Positions 21,578-32,749 of a stretch of 64,000 nucleotides of DNA are shown here, piece by piece. The notes beneath the pieces were generated by a model. It worked only from the letters and a program-made list of their open reading frames with translations. It was not told the origin of the DNA and made no database searches. Location: NCBI GenBank assembly GCA_963845755.1, contig CAWJTV010000025.1:32001-96000 (forward strand). Direction: 5' to 3'. Numbering within the stretch: the first letter of the stretch is position 1; each line of letters opens with the position of its first letter. The DNA comes from an uncultured Planctomycetota bacterium. GTDB lineage: Bacteria; Planctomycetota; Planctomycetia; Isosphaerales; Isosphaeraceae. The translations under genes were made by a program, and so were the position numbers.

Positions 21578-24500
21578 ATGTGCAGTCCCTCGCGTGTGGA
21601 ATCGATCTTCTTCACCGCGCTCGAGAAGAAATCGGTGGCGGAGCGGGCGGACTATCTGGACCAGGCCTGCGGCGACGACACCGCGCTGCGCCTCCGGATA
21701 GAACGGCTGCTGGACGTCCATCCACAAGCGAAGGATTTCCTGGCCCAGCCCGCCGTCGATCGCCATGAGGTCAACTCACACGAAGGGGACCCGCCCGGCG
21801 ATCTGGGTCCGACGGTTGAGGTGCCTGGCGAAGGGGACCCGCCCGGCGATCTGGGTCCGCGAGGTGCCTGGCCCGGTCTCGCCGCGGCCGGCCTTCCCGC
21901 GACCATCGGCCGCTACCGGATAATGCGGCTGCTGGGTCGAGGCGGTTTCGGGACGGTCTACCTGGCCCAGGACGACGCGCTCCGCCGGCCGGTCGCGATC
22001 AAGGTGCCCAACCCCGAGCGGGCCGCCGGCCCCGAGGACGTCGCGGTCTACCTGGCCGAGGCCCAGCTCCTCGCCCAGCTCGACCATCCCCACATCGTGC
22101 CCGTCTATGACGTGGGCCGGACCGAGGCCGGCCTGTGCTACGTGGTCTCCAAGTACATCGAGGGCACCAACCTGGCAGACCGGCTGGGTCAGGGCCGGAT
22201 GTCCTTTGGGGAGTCGGCCGAGCTGGTGGCGGCGGTCGCCGAGGCGCTGCACCACGCCCATACGCGGGACCTGGTCCACCGCGACATCAAGCCGGCCAAT
22301 ATCCTGCTCGACTCGGCGGACAAGCCGGTCGTAGCCGACTTCGGGCTGGCGCTCAGGGAGGAGGACTTTGGCAGGGAAGGCCGGCTGGCCGGGACTCCGG
22401 CCTACATGAGCCCCGAGCAGGCCCGGGGCGAGGGCCACCGGGTCGATGGCCGCTCGGATCTCTTCAGCCTGGGCGTGGTCTTCTATGAGCTGCTCGCGGG
22501 GCGTCGTCCCTTTCGGGGCGACTCGCATAGCGACGTCATGAATCAGGTCGCCACCGTCGAACCCCGTCCCCCCCGGCAGATCGACGACACGATCCCCCGG
22601 GAGCTGGAACGGATCTGCCAGAAGGCGCTGGCGAAGCGTGCGTCGGAGCGGTACAGCACGGCGCGGGACCTGGCCGAGGACCTGCGCCACTTTCTTCACA
22701 CCGAGGCGGCGGCCGGCCGACCCGCCTCCACCCCGGGCCCGGTCAACCCTCCGCCTGGCTCCGCCCAGGATCCGACCTCGAGCGTTGAACCGGTCAAGAT
22801 CATCCCCAAGGGACTGCGGTCGTTCGACCAGCACGATGCCCACTTCTTCCTGGAGTTGCTGCCCGGCCCGCGCGATCGCGATGGCCTGCCCGAGAGTCTC
22901 CGGTTCTGGAAGATCCGGATCGAGTTGAACCGACGCGGACTCCACCTTCCGGGTCGGTCTGATCTATGGTCCCTCGGGTTGCGGCAAGTCGTCGCTGGTG
23001 AAGGCGGGGTTGCTTCCCCGGCTGAGCAAGGAGGTGCTGGCGGTTTACATCGAGGCGACCGCGGCGGAGACCGAGGCCCGGCTGCTTCGAAGCGTGCGCA
23101 AGGCCTGTCCGGACCTGAGCCCTGGGGTGGGCCTGGTGGAGGCCCTGGCTGCGCTGCGGCGGGGGCAGACGCGCCGCCCGGGCCAGAAAGTGCTCCTGGT
23201 GCTGGACCAGTTCGAGCAGTGGCTCTTCGCCCGGCAGGGCCAGGAGAACACCGAGCTGGTCGCCGCCTTGCGGCAGTGCGACGGCGAGCACCTCCAGGCG
23301 ATCGTGCTGGTCCGGGATGATTTCTGGCTGGCCGCCAGCCGGTTCATGCGCGAGTTGGAGATCGACCTGGAACCGAACGCGAATATCGCCCTCGTCGATC
23401 TATTCGATCTTCAGCATGCCCACAAGGTCCTGATCGCCTTCGGCAGAGCCTACGGGAAATTGCCCGGCCGCCATCGGGACTGGACCCGGGAGCAGGAATC
23501 CTTCCTGAGCCAGGCCGTCGCGGGGCTGGCCCAGGGTGGCCGAGTGATCTCGGTACGGCTGGCGCTGTTCGCCGAGATGGTCAAGGGGAAGCCGTGGACC
23601 ACCGCGACGCTCCAGGAGGTCGGCGGTACGGAAGGAGTGGGCGTGACCTTCCTCGAGGAGACCTTCAGCTCCCCGCAGGCCAACCCCAAGCACCGCCTGC
23701 ACCAGAAGGCGGCCCAGGCCGTGCTGAAAGTGCTGTTGCCCCAGACGGGAACCGATATCAAGGGCCAGATGCACTCGGAGGCCGAGCTCGCGCGGCCTCG
23801 GGCTACGCCGGTCAGCCGCGCGATTTCGACGACCTGGTCCGCATTCTCGACCGCGACCTGCGCCTGATCACGCCGACCGACCCTTCGGACCCTCCGGGAA
23901 AGGATGAAGGCGGAAGGATGAAGGATGAACAAGACGTGCAGCGATCGACCGTCTCTGGTTCCGATTCATCCTTCATCCTTCATCCTTCATCCTTGAAGTA
24001 TTACCAGCTCACCCACGACTACCTCGTTCCCTCGCTCCGTGACTGGCTGACCAGCAAGCAGCGTGAGACCCGTCGCGGCCGGGCCGAGCTGCGGCTGGCG
24101 GAACGCGCCGCGCTCTGGAACCACAAGCCGGAGAACCGGCACCTGCCCTCGGTGCTGGAGTGGGCCAACATCGGGCTGCTGACTCGTCGCACGGATTGGA
24201 GCGAGTCGCAGCGCCGGATGATGCGGCGGGCCGCCCGGGTGCATGGCTTGCGGGGCCTGGGCCTGGCGATCCTGATCGCCCTGATGACCTGGGGCTCCCT
24301 CGAAGGGTATGGATCCCTGCAAGCGGCGCATCGGATCGACTCGCTGAGGACCGCCAATCTCCGGGATGTCCCGGCCCGGATCGAACAGCTCCGGACCTAC
24401 CGCCGGTGGGCCGGCCGTCCCCTGGCGGGATTGCTGTCGAGCACGGAGAATGACCGCGATCAGCATCTCCGAGCCAGCCTGGCCCGCCTCGCCTTGTGGC

Positions 24501-26399
24501 CCGGCGACCGAGGGCAGGCCGGCTATTTGTACGACCGCCTGCTGGAGTCTTCACCAGCCGAGCTCCCGGTGATCTGGGGCATCCTGCGGAAGCACGATCC
24601 GGCGATCGAGCAGCGGTTATGGCCGTTGCTGGACGATGCCAAAGCCGACAAGGAGCCACGCTTTCGCGCGGCCTGTGCCCTGGCCAACGCCGATTCCAAC
24701 CAGATCAAGAACCGCTGGGACAGCGTCTCTTCGTTCATCACCGACCAATTCCTCACAGCCGCGATCAAGAATCCCGGTGATTACGCGACGCTGATCGAGA
24801 CCCTGCGACCCGTCCGGAAGGCTCTGCTGACTCCCCTGGCGCGCGTCTTCGGGGACGCTGGCCGATCCGAGAGTGAACGGACCTTTTCCACCACCATCCT
24901 GATTGACTACGCCAGCGACAATCCCCGTCTGCTGGCCGACCTGCTCATGGACGCCGGTCCGAAGGCGTATGCCAGCCTCTTTCCGGTCGCCCAGCAGCGG
25001 GCGGCCGGGGTGCTGCCGGTGCTCCAGGCGGAGATCGCCAAGAGCTTGGCGAGCCTGAACGAAGAGGGATCGGAAGTGGCCAAGGACCGGCTGGCCCAGC
25101 GGCAGGCGCGGGCGGCCATCGCCCTGGTCCGGCTGGGTCATGCCGATGAGGTCTGGCCCCTCTTGCGGCACACGCGCCGATCCCCGGCTGCGGAGCTTCA
25201 TCGTCAACTGGCTCAGTCCCCTGGGTGCCGATCCCCAGATGATCGTTGCGACCGTTCTTCCCCCTCGCCCCGCGGAGCGGGGAGAGGGTGGCCGAAGGCC
25301 GGGTGAGGGGTCTGCTGAATCACCTCCCACCCAGCAGATGGATGCCATTCTCTTCCACCCCGAGACCTCAGTCCGCCGCGCCCTGATCCTGGCCCTGGGA
25401 ACCTACCGTGCCGATTCCTTCTCCCCCGGTGACCGCCAGCCCCTGATCCCCAAGCTGCTCGACCTCTATCGCAACGCCCCCGACGCCGGCATCCACGGCT
25501 CAGCCGAATGGGTCCTGCGCCAGTGGAAGCAAGACGACACGCTCGAGGCCGCCGATGCCGAGCTGAGCCAGCTCAAGGATCCGGGTGAGCGGCGCTGGTT
25601 CGTCAATCGCCGGCGACAGACCTTCGTCATCATCGAAGGCCCGGTCGAGTTCCGCATGGGCTCGCCCATGAATGAGCCGGATCGGCGTGACAACGAAACC
25701 CCACATCGCCGGGTCATCTCCCACCGCTTTGCCATCGCTACCAAGGAGGTGACCGTCGAGCAATATCAAGAGTTCGTCAAGGCGAACCCCGGGGTCGATC
25801 ATGCCCGCAACGACCGCCTCAGTCCCGCCCCGGACGGTCCCATGATTGAAGTGTCCTGGTATCATGCCGCAGCCTATTGCAACTGGCTGAGCCAGCAAGA
25901 AGGATTGCCCAAGGATCAGTGGTGCTACCTGCCCAACGACCGAGACGCCTATGACAAGGGGATGAAAATCCCCGCCGATTTTTTGCAGCGGAAGGGTTAC
26001 CGCTTGCCAACCGAGGTGGAATGGGAGTATTCGAGCCGCGCTGCGGCTATGACCAGCCGGCATTATGGCCTCTCGGTCGATCTGCTGGAGCAGTATGCCC
26101 GGTATCAGGCCAACAGCCACAACCATGCCTGGCCATGTGGAAGCCTGATGCCCAACGATCTGGGCTTATTCGACACACTTGGGAACGCGTATGAATGGTG
26201 TCAGGAGCGTTCCACGAGCTCTCAGCCAGGGAGGGCCGCATCACCCATAAGCGATATCGTCGATGATACCCCTCGTCTGCTTCGGGGCGCGGCGTTCAGC
26301 GTTGAACTGGCGAACGTCCGCTCGGCCATCCGTAACTGGATCGTGCCGACGTACCGGAACTACTGGATCGGTTTTCGCCTCGCCAGAACTAACAGGTGA
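21578..26399 (+). CDS. Ser/Thr kinase - STAND-like P-loop NTPase - TM - helical repeats - FGE-sulfatase/CLec protein (frameshifts near 22925, 23790, 25175)
   Basis: Kinase motifs LGRGGFG, VHRDIKPAN, DFG and GTPAYMSPE. NTPase motifs GPSGCGKSS and VLDQFEQ. FGE motifs FRMGSP, YRLPTEVEWEY, GNAYEWC and RG..IGFRLAR. Confidence 0.85.
21781..21872 (+). repeat. 31-bp tandem duplication (EGDPPGDLGP x2) in the kinase linker
   Basis: CGAAGGGGACCCGCCCGGCGATCTGGGTCCG at 21781 and 21829. Confidence 0.85.
23900..23994. repeat. Inverted heptamer arrays (AAGGATG)n..(CATCCTT)n inserted in frame
   Basis: Translates as KDEGGRMKDE...DSSFILHPSSL between LRLITPTDP and YYQLTHDYL. Confidence 0.8.
25261..25310. repeat. 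REP-like element in frame inside the kinase gene
   Basis: CCCCTCGCCCCGCGGAGCGGGGAGAGGGTGGCCGAAGGCCGGGTGAGGGG, with nested hairpins. Confidence 0.65.
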
Positions 26400-26423
26400 A
26401 CATCTTTCTAAATAATCAAGTCT

Positions 26424-27581
26424 TCAATACTGATCGGAGCTGATGACCTCGCCGCCGTTGATCGAGCCGAGCTGGATCCAGGTCGGCCCGTTGATCGAGT
26501 TCTTGATGAAGTGGACGGAGCCGTCGCCGAAGAGGCAGTCGACCCCACCGGGGTGGCGGGACCGCGTGGCCGCATACGAACCCGAATCGTTTGCCTGGTC
26601 ATTGCAGCCCAGCATCTGGGCGGGCTGGCTGTCGCAGAGGGAGCCGGGATTGGGCGGGCTGGAGCCCGGCCTCGAAGGACCACCGACCGTGCCGATGTTG
26701 TCGTAGTTGTCGAGGGCCAGGGCCCCGCTGATGCCCGCCAAGGCCCCGGGGTTGGAGAGGGACAGCCAGATGGGCAGAAGGTCCTGGTATCCGTTGGGGG
26801 CGAACCGCGTCATATAGGAACCAGCACCTGCGTGGCAGTCCCAGATCGTCCCGCGGAGGTCGTCGGGCACTCCTTGCAACAGCTCCGCAGCGACGTGCGT
26901 ATTGCTGGTCCCATCCGTGAACGAGGCCGATCGGATCGTGATGGGGCCCAGGCCGGTTGTGTCGATGCCGAACGGCGACTGCAGAAACAGGTTGCGGGTC
27001 AAGACCGGACTGAGAACGCCCTGGCCAAAATCCAGGTTTCCCCAATTGACGCCGTAATTCCCCTTCGACGCCATCCAAGGATAGGCGGGGACGAACCCGC
27101 CGGTGGCCTTGCTCAAGGCCGCAAAGCTGAAGCTCTGGATGTTATCGCTGGGGCATTGGAAGGAGGCGATCCTCGACGTCATGACCGTGCTGTTGATGAC
27201 ATAGCCGAGTAAGCCAGGCCCTTCGATGCCGATCGAAGCGTTGAAGGCGTTGTAAAGCGGCGCCTGCTCGATATACGGCAGCGTCAGGACGAACCAGGGC
27301 GTGTTCTGGCAGTTGGCGCCGTAGGGCGACGTGCAGATCGCACCAGGCATGCCGCTGACGCCATTGACCGCGTAGACCACGGCAATCGGCAGGCAGTCGT
27401 TGGCCGACTCGTAATTGGCGATGGCCAGGCCGAGCTGCTTCAGGTTGCTGGTGCACTGCGCACGGCGTGCCGCCTCCCGTGCGGCCTGCACCGCGGGCAA
27501 GAGCAAGGCAATCAAGACCGAGATGATCGCGATGGCGACCAAGAGCTCGATGAGTGTAAAGCCACAATGTCGCTTCGACAT
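26424..27581 (-). CDS. DUF1559 prepilin-type N-terminal cleavage / H-X9-DG protein
   Basis: GFTLIELLVAIAIISVLIALLLPAVQAAREAARR.QC.NLKQ; C-terminal SRHPGGVDCLFGDGSV. Confidence 0.93.
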   Translation of the reverse strand: MSKRHCGFTLIELLVAIAIISVLIALLLPAVQAAREAARRAQCTSNLKQLGLAIANYESANDCLPIAVVYAVNGVSGMPGAICTSPYGANCQNTPWFVLTLPYIEQAPLYNAFNASIGIEGPGLLGYVINSTVMTSRIASFQCPSDNIQSFSFAALSKATGGFVPAYPWMASKGNYGVNWGNLDFGQGVLSPVLTRNLFLQSPFGIDTTGLGPITIRSASFTDGTSNTHVAAELLQGVPDDLRGTIWDCHAGAGSYMTRFAPNGYQDLLPIWLSLSNPGALAGISGALALDNYDNIGTVGGPSRPGSSPPNPGSLCDSQPAQMLGCNDQANDSGSYAATRSRHPGGVDCLFGDGSVHFIKNSINGPTWIQLGSINGGEVISSDQY

Positions 27582-27842
27582 GCCTGGACCCACCCCTAAA
27601 ATCAGTCTGTGAAGTCTGGGATTGACATCGGGGGGGCCCACGCTCCCCCGACGACCGAGAAAGGCCGCGACGTTCGACCCGGCTCCTGCCGCCCCATTCC
27701 GTCGCCACATTCACCCTGGCACGGCGAAGCCGCAACCAAAAAGACGGCAAGGGCTCGACGGAGTTTGCCCCCGGCGCCCTCGTGTATCTCCAGCCCTCGG
27801 ACAATGATGATTGATTACGACGCGTTCACTCCACGTCACCAA

Positions 27843-27869
27843 TGCGACGAACCCGCGTGAAACCCCTCA
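27843..27869 (-). promoter_or_regulatory. Candidate ECF promoter, copy 3
   Basis: TGAGGGGTT-tcacgcgggt-TCGTCGCA on the minus strand, just after the ECF stop codon and upstream of DUF1559. Confidence 0.6.
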
Positions 27870-27886
27870 ATTCTTGAGAACGACTA

Positions 27887-28462
27887 TTAAGAATTCGCTG
27901 AATCGTCTCGGTCTTTGAGCTCGGCAAAGAGCCAGGTGCGGGCGTAAGTCCAATGTCGCTCGGCGGTTGCCAGCGAGATCTTCATCACCGTGGCGATCTC
28001 GGGCATCGTCAGACCGGCGAAGAAGCGGAGCTTCACCAACTCGGCCTTCGCCGGGTCTTCCGCTGCCAGTTTGGTGAGGGCTTCGTCCAGGGCTTCGAGG
28101 TCTTCGGATGGTTCCTTCGCCAGGAAATCCGCGTCCTCCAACTCGACGCGCAGGCGGCCGCCGCCGTGCTTGCGACGTTTCTTGCGGCGAGCGTTCTCGA
28201 CGAGGATCCGGCGCATCGCCTCCGCGGCCGCCGCGAAGAAGTGAGCGCGGCCGCCCCACTGCGACCCGTCGCCCTCGCCGACGAGCCTGAGATAAGCCTC
28301 GTGCACCAGGTCGGAAGACTGGAGGCTCTGCCCCGGGGCCTCGCGGGCAAGCCTCTGGGCGGCCAATCGGCGCAGTTCCTTGTAGACCAGAGGCAGGAGC
28401 TTCTCGGCTGCCTGAAGGTCGCCCTCCTCGATCGCCGAGAGGATGTTCGTGACGTCGCTCAT
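27887..28462 (-). CDS. ECF sigma factor, TIGR02999 type
   Basis: MSDVTNILSAIE.GD..A.EKLLPLVY.ELRRLAA..LVHEAYLRL..HFFAAAAEAMRRILVENARRK..LRFFAGLT..W.YAR.WL. Confidence 0.92.
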   Translation of the reverse strand: MSDVTNILSAIEEGDLQAAEKLLPLVYKELRRLAAQRLAREAPGQSLQSSDLVHEAYLRLVGEGDGSQWGGRAHFFAAAAEAMRRILVENARRKKRRKHGGGRLRVELEDADFLAKEPSEDLEALDEALTKLAAEDPAKAELVKLRFFAGLTMPEIATVMKISLATAERHWTYARTWLFAELKDRDDSANS

Positions 28463-29448
28463 CGCAAGGAATCGCTAGAAGGCAGCAACCCCGCCGCTTC
28501 GACCCGGCCCCGAGCGCCAGCGCTCGGATCGTCAACGAGCCCGGGCCGGGCCGATGGGGTGGCACCCCAGATTAACACCTACGAGAGCGAGGAGATAGAG
28601 ACACTCGCTGGAGGTCGTCACACGAACGACGCGAGACGGACATCGATCTACCGGACCGCAGTCCGTCGTCGTGTCGAATGAAGCACGTCCTCCGTGTGGA
28701 AAGGCGCAGCCATTCGGGACGCATCGCAGCCACCAGGAGGCGGACCGGTCTCGATCCTGCGTCGTTTCGACCCCTCGACGGAACCATGGCCCACCAGAAC
28801 ATACGTCGGAAAGCGCCGAAAATGTGTCTTCCGTGATCTTTGACGCCGGGGTCACGGCGATCATCTATCGGGAGAGCACCAATCGGCGTTACTTCTTGTC
28901 CAGATTCCTATCTCCGGCGCATCTCGCCGAACGCCGACGGCCATGATACTCACACACGGCCAATGGACCCCTCGTCGGGGGAGGTCACGGTAATCTTGCG
29001 CACTTGGGTCGGATCGACCGAAGCCATCTTCTGCCGGTAATGTCGGACGCGACCGGAGCCAAGGCAGTGTACGCTTGACTCCATGCCTCTGTCGGGCCAA
29101 TGATGGGGGGATGCTGCGAGAACTCCCCGAAGACGCCCAGTTGCGCCTCCGCTATCGCATCGCCTACGGGGAAGCCGCGCCGAGCGGAGATGGCTACAGT
29201 TCGACCATGGCCGGGGGCAGGGACTTCGCTGCCCAGATCGGCGGTGAACCCGCCGCGATCGAGAAGCAAGTGTTGCGACGGTTCGGCCCGGGAATCCATC
29301 CCGAGATCGTCAAGTTGGCGGTCCGGGCTGCGACGGAGCCCCGCAAGCCGAGGTGGTGACCGGCAGGTAATTCTGGGCTTGCTCGGCAAGGCACGATGGA
29401 AGGTGCCGTCTGATGCCCGCGACTCAGCTCCCCGACGCGGCGTTCCGA

Positions 29449-30009
29449 TCAGCGTGCCACGAACTTGATCCAGGTGTTGCGACTGCGTCCCCAGAGCGGT
29501 TTGCCGGTCCACCCGTCCGCACTCCGATTCATCATGTCATCTCCCTCGGACCATGCGGTCTCGATGGGCCGAGCCCGATTCTCGGAGAGATAGTCCGGGG
29601 CGCTGATGAACTCGGGCACCTTGCGGACGTCGTCACAGTACGACCAGCGACCACTCTCCAATTCGGTCTCGAAGGCGACCCCCGCATCGCCCCGACCCGT
29701 GACGCCGAAGTAGGAGCAACCGCTCCATCGCAGCCGGTTGTTGACCACGTTGAAAACCAGCCTATCGCCCTTCCTGACCTCGATGTCGATCCGTTCTGCG
29801 GTCGCCCCGAACCGTTCGACAAGCAGCGTCCGCTTGGAATCCGGCACCTTCATGCCGTTGATGTAAATGTCAATGATGAAGTCATCGGCGACGGTGAAGA
29901 GGCGGTCGGCGATCAACTCGCTGTGAAGTTCACCGGATCGGCTAAAAGTCTGGAGGGACCAGACAAGTCACAGGACCAGGAGAGCCCCGATTGTCGAGAT
30001 TCGTCTCAT
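29449..30009 (-). pseudogene. Small exported hypothetical protein with an in-frame TGA in the signal peptide
   Basis: MRRISTIGALLVL*LVWS.. is in frame with ORF 29449..29916 (VADDFIIDIYING..NNRLRW). Confidence 0.5.
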
Positions 30010-30271
30010 TGTCTAACCCTTGGTGTCGGCCTTCGATTCGCGCTATTCGAACCGCTGTGATCATCACTCGTACCACGAGGAGTTAACGATCTGGTTGCGA
30101 TTTCTTAGGATTTTGCCCCCTCTCTCTCGCTTCTGGTCCCCGTGACAAGCCAGTACGAGAAACAGGTGGAGTGCCGGCGCTGGCCTGGCATCCACCCCAG
30201 GCTGGTCATGCGGGTGGTCAAGAACGCCACGGAGCCGAGTAAGCCGCAGTGGTGTGGGAGCCGGCCAATAT

Positions 30272-31238
30272 TCACGCGAGACTCTTTGCCACTTCCTCAA
30301 TAGTCGTCGGCGCGTGCCCTTCGAGCCGGTTGTTGATGAACAGCCAGGATGGGATCTTCCGCTGAAGCGACTGCCTGGCGATCTCAACCATCCCCTCCCG
30401 GGCACCCTCATTCAGCTCCTGAAGATGCTCATAGGGCTCGAAGGACTCGACCGCCTTCTCGTAGGCACGCCCCCGAGCCAATAGCGCCCGGACGACCGTG
30501 AAATCCGCCGTGTAGGCGTCGGAGAGTCGCGCCTGCTGGTCGAGCACGGGCATTCGGGTCCAGGCGTTGAACACGTGGGCGACGTTGTGGGATGCCAGCA
30601 GTCTGAAGTATTCCGGCGACAGGTAGTTTTCGTTCCGGATCTCGACCGCGTATCGGAATCCGCCCGGCAGGGACCCGAGAAACGAATCAAGCCGCGCCAG
30701 GAAATCACCGGGAGTGGGGAACGTAGTCTTGTTGAACGTGCCGAACTCGAAGATCAGCGGACCGAGCCGTTCCTTGTAGGGCTCGAGCGGCTTTGCGAAG
30801 AATCGGTCGAAGGTCCTGGCATCGAGGAAGTGTTCGTTCTCCAGACCGGCACGCTTGCCGTACCGGGCATGCTTCGGCCAGACAGGAACCGTGATGCTCT
30901 TCCGGCACCTTCAGGCCGAGGAGGAAGCCCGCCGGAATCTGGCCGAAGAGCCGTTCCCAATACTCCTCGGTCGGGAACTGGTAGAAGGCGAAGTCACCGC
31001 AGACGGTCGGGAAGGTCTGGGCATACTCGGCCAGGCACGTCTCCTCGAACTTCTTCTTCGAGAGCTTGCCCCGCGTCACATAGCGATCCTGGCTGTAGAT
31101 GCTGCCAAGCCAACCCTCGTACTTCCACGAGCTGGTGCCGAAGTAGATGCCTTGCTCGGCGAGCTCCCGCAGCTTCGGCCGAAGGCGGGCGGCTTGTGGT
31201 GGCGGGTCGGCGTCGGCGAATGCCGGGAACAGCGTCAT
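30272..31238 (-). CDS. DUF72 (YecE-like) protein (frameshifted)
   Basis: YFGTSSWKYEGW.G.IY, LAEYAQTFPTV..D..FY, LKVP, YAVEIRN and FINNRLEGHAP. Confidence 0.8.
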
Positions 31239-31377
31239 TGGATTGCCTCGACGGCGTACCATAGGGCCTGCCCTCAAGTATAACTGGCCCCACTCGCCGT
31301 CACATCCCGACCTCCTCTGGCCAATCTCATGAATCCGCCCTTGTCGGGATCGCCCGTCGAGACTTAGGATCGATAGC

Positions 31378-31469
31378 ATGCGTACACCAAGCGCCGTTGG
31401 CCATCTCGACGCCGACTGCTTCTACGTATCCGCGGAGCGGGTGCGGGACCAGTTCCTGATCGGCAAGCT
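31378..31469 (+). pseudogene. dinB: N-terminal stub of a Y-family DNA polymerase
   Basis: MRTPSAVGHLDADCFYVSAERVRDQFLIGK matches DinB/UmuC motif I (H.D.D.FY.S.E....L.GK). Similarity ends abruptly. Confidence 0.65.
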
Positions 31470-32101
31470 GTTTAACAAAAAGTCAACCATCGGGATCTCG
31501 ATGTCTTTCGCGGCCTGTCTGAGATGCCTGTGATTCTTCATTTGGCCGTTGCCGCATCCTGCCGCGCGCGGCACACTGGACGGGTCCGACAACGGCAAGG
31601 CGACCCTCGTCATCTAGGGGATGAAATCATGACTCACCGAACTCTGCTGTCCGCCGTACGTGCCCTGATGACACCGACCGTTCGCATAGGTCCCGTCGTC
31701 GAGAGCCTGCCCCCGCTGCCGGAACCCCTGCCAGCCGGCCGAACAGGTCCTCCGCGCCTTGATCGCGTGGCATGGGGGTACGGCCGGTGCCATCGTCGCG
31801 CTGACGGAGGGACTGGATAGAGCATTTGGCGAACCCTACGTCGATGACGAGCAATACAACGCCATCAAACCACGCCTCGAACGGCTTGACGTTTGGGCCA
31901 GCGGACGCATGATCGATGAAGCGGTCCACGAGGAACGCATCCAGGCGGCTTGTGCAAGATACGGATACAAGTGATGATCGCCTGAAAGCCGTTCAACTCC
32001 GTGAGTCGAGGCGGCCATGTTGTCAAGGAGACCGGCCTCGGCACCCAAAATCATACGGCGGGGAATCGCCCGGAGGAATCGGACCATCGCGAGGAGGCAG
32101 T

Positions 32102-32749
32102 ATGCGCCGCTTCTCCATCCGGACCCTGATGGCATTCATCGTCCTCGCCGCCGTCGGTCTGGCGGCTCTCCGTAACGCGAATGAGGACTGGGCCGAGATG
32201 ATGCTCCTGACTGCCCTGTCCGCCGTCGGAGTTGCGGTCCTTGGGGCGAGCCTGATGCGAGGCCGGGAGCGGGCGTGGTGGCTGGGGTTCGCCGTCTTTG
32301 GCGGTGGGTATCTGTCTCTGTCCGTCGGCCCGTGGGTCGGCGATCCGTTCCGGCAATAGCTCGTCACGACGCATTGGATAGGCCAGCTCCGCGACCTATT
32401 GTTCGAATCGAACGCCGGAGCTTTGCGGCTTGAAAATCAGGAACTCGAGACTGAGTTGGCCAGGCTGAGACAGGCGACGCCGAAGTTCAAATACGACCCC
32501 GTCGTGGCGACCATGACGAATAATCTTCGGTCGATACAATCCCAACTGACCGCAAGCAAGTATGCGGGGCTTCGCTACGACGAATTCCAGCGAGTCGGCC
32601 ACTGTCTGTTCGCCCAGATGTCCGGACTGCTGGGAGCGATGGTGGCCACGTGGTTCCTCGCGAGGCGGGAGAGGGGTGGAGGTGACGCTGGGTCGTCGCC
32701 ACACCCGACGCAGGAGCGAGCCCAAGTCGTTGACGAGGGCGGCACGTGA
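32102..32749 (+). pseudogene. Planctomycete-type membrane protein with an internal TAG (32357-32359)
   Basis: MRRFSIRTLMAFIVLAAVGLAALR..WWLGFAVFGGGYL..* continues in frame to FQRVGHCLF..GLLGA. Confidence 0.6.

Noticed and set aside
21578..28462. Complete diversity-generating retroelement in this window
   Set aside because: No reverse transcriptase, Avd or template repeat was found; only a target-like C-terminus.
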